A DNA stretch of 64,000 nt. It comes from Mobula hypostoma (Eukaryota). The position numbers and the translations under genes were made by a program. The notes under the pieces were generated by a model that worked only from the letters and a program-made list of their open reading frames with translations, was not told where the DNA came from and searched no databases. Position 1 is the stretch's first letter; every line of letters starts with the position of its first letter. The stretch spans positions 95,482,001 through 95,546,000 of the forward strand of contig NC_086108.1 of NCBI RefSeq assembly GCF_963921235.1. Direction: 5' to 3'. Positions 63,273 to 64,000 of the stretch are shown here, piece after piece.

Positions 63273-63480
63273 ACACTCAAAATGCTGGAGGAACTCAACA
63301 GGCCAGGAAGCAGCTATGGAGAGGAATAAACGATTAACATTTTGGACCAAGGCCCTTTATGAGGATTTAGCCAGAAGGATCTTGGTCCAAAATGTTGATT
63401 CTACAGATGCTGCCTGACTTGCAGAGCTCCTTCAGACTTTGGTGTTTGCTACCCTGGAAATCAGCATTTACAGAATCTCT
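63273..63480. mobile_element. Degenerate inverted Penelope-terminus hairpin
   Basis: AACATTTTGGACCAAG..CTTGGTCCAAAATGTT core between terminus arms. Confidence 0.65.
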
Positions 63481-63864
63481 AGTGTTCCTCATAGCTTATA
63501 TTCTTTTCATTTGGGGCTTCATGAATCTCTCTGTAGCACCTCAAATTCTCAACTATTTTTGTTATTCTCCAAACAAAGCACTACACTTTACGTTAAACTG
63601 GTGAAATCACACAATATCAGTAAAATGCACAAACTGGACTGATTTTGCCAGAGTGCAGTTTCTCCCAGTTCTCACCATTACTTAAAACTTTATATTGTAA
63701 CTTCAGCATTAAATTGCCAAAATTAAAAGACACTGTGTTTAGGCCGTGGACTGATTTAAATTGGTATCTAGATTAATAAATAATTAATATGCAAATCCAG
63801 CAAATAACAGGCAAAGAGAAAGATAGCATTTATATGAGAAAATGAAACATGGATAAAGCGACCA

Positions 63865-64000
63865 GCAAGTCGAGCATCGGACTGCAATTACTACAAAGGA
63901 CTGTGAGAACAGCTGAGAGGATCATAGGGGTCTCCCTACCATCCATCAGGGACACTTATCAGGAGCGCTGCATATGCAGGGCCCTTGGTATTATTAAGGA
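63865..64000 (+). mobile_element. Rex1/Babar-like LINE fragment running off the window
   Basis: LQRTVRTAERIIGVSLPSIRDTYQERCICRALGIIK. Confidence 0.75.

Overview
Repeat-dominated vertebrate genomic DNA. The repeat set (many CR1 subfamilies, Rex1/Babar-like LINEs, Neptune-type Penelope elements, V-SINE-like SINEs, Tc1, Tigger and hAT derivatives) points to a cartilaginous fish, probably a ray; this is inference only. Most ORFs in the track are transposon fragments or their antisense shadows. Non-repeat coding signal is limited to two phase-compatible minus-strand exons (19100-19158 and 14963-15110) that look like the 3' end of a host gene I cannot name. Main observations: (1) two divergent CR1 copies both end ORF1 with an in-frame U_UUA_AAC slippery heptamer, ORF2 continues in the -1 frame, and in the young copy ORF2 has no AUG before its endonuclease domain, a candidate programmed -1 ribosomal frameshift; (2) intact minimal hammerhead ribozymes, with stem covariation, in Penelope termini; (3) an internally deleted Tigger that keeps an in-frame DNA-binding mini-ORF; (4) a local ~2.2-kb tandem duplication; (5) multi-level nested insertions. 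Family names were assigned by eye without a database, and boundaries of degenerate copies are approximate.
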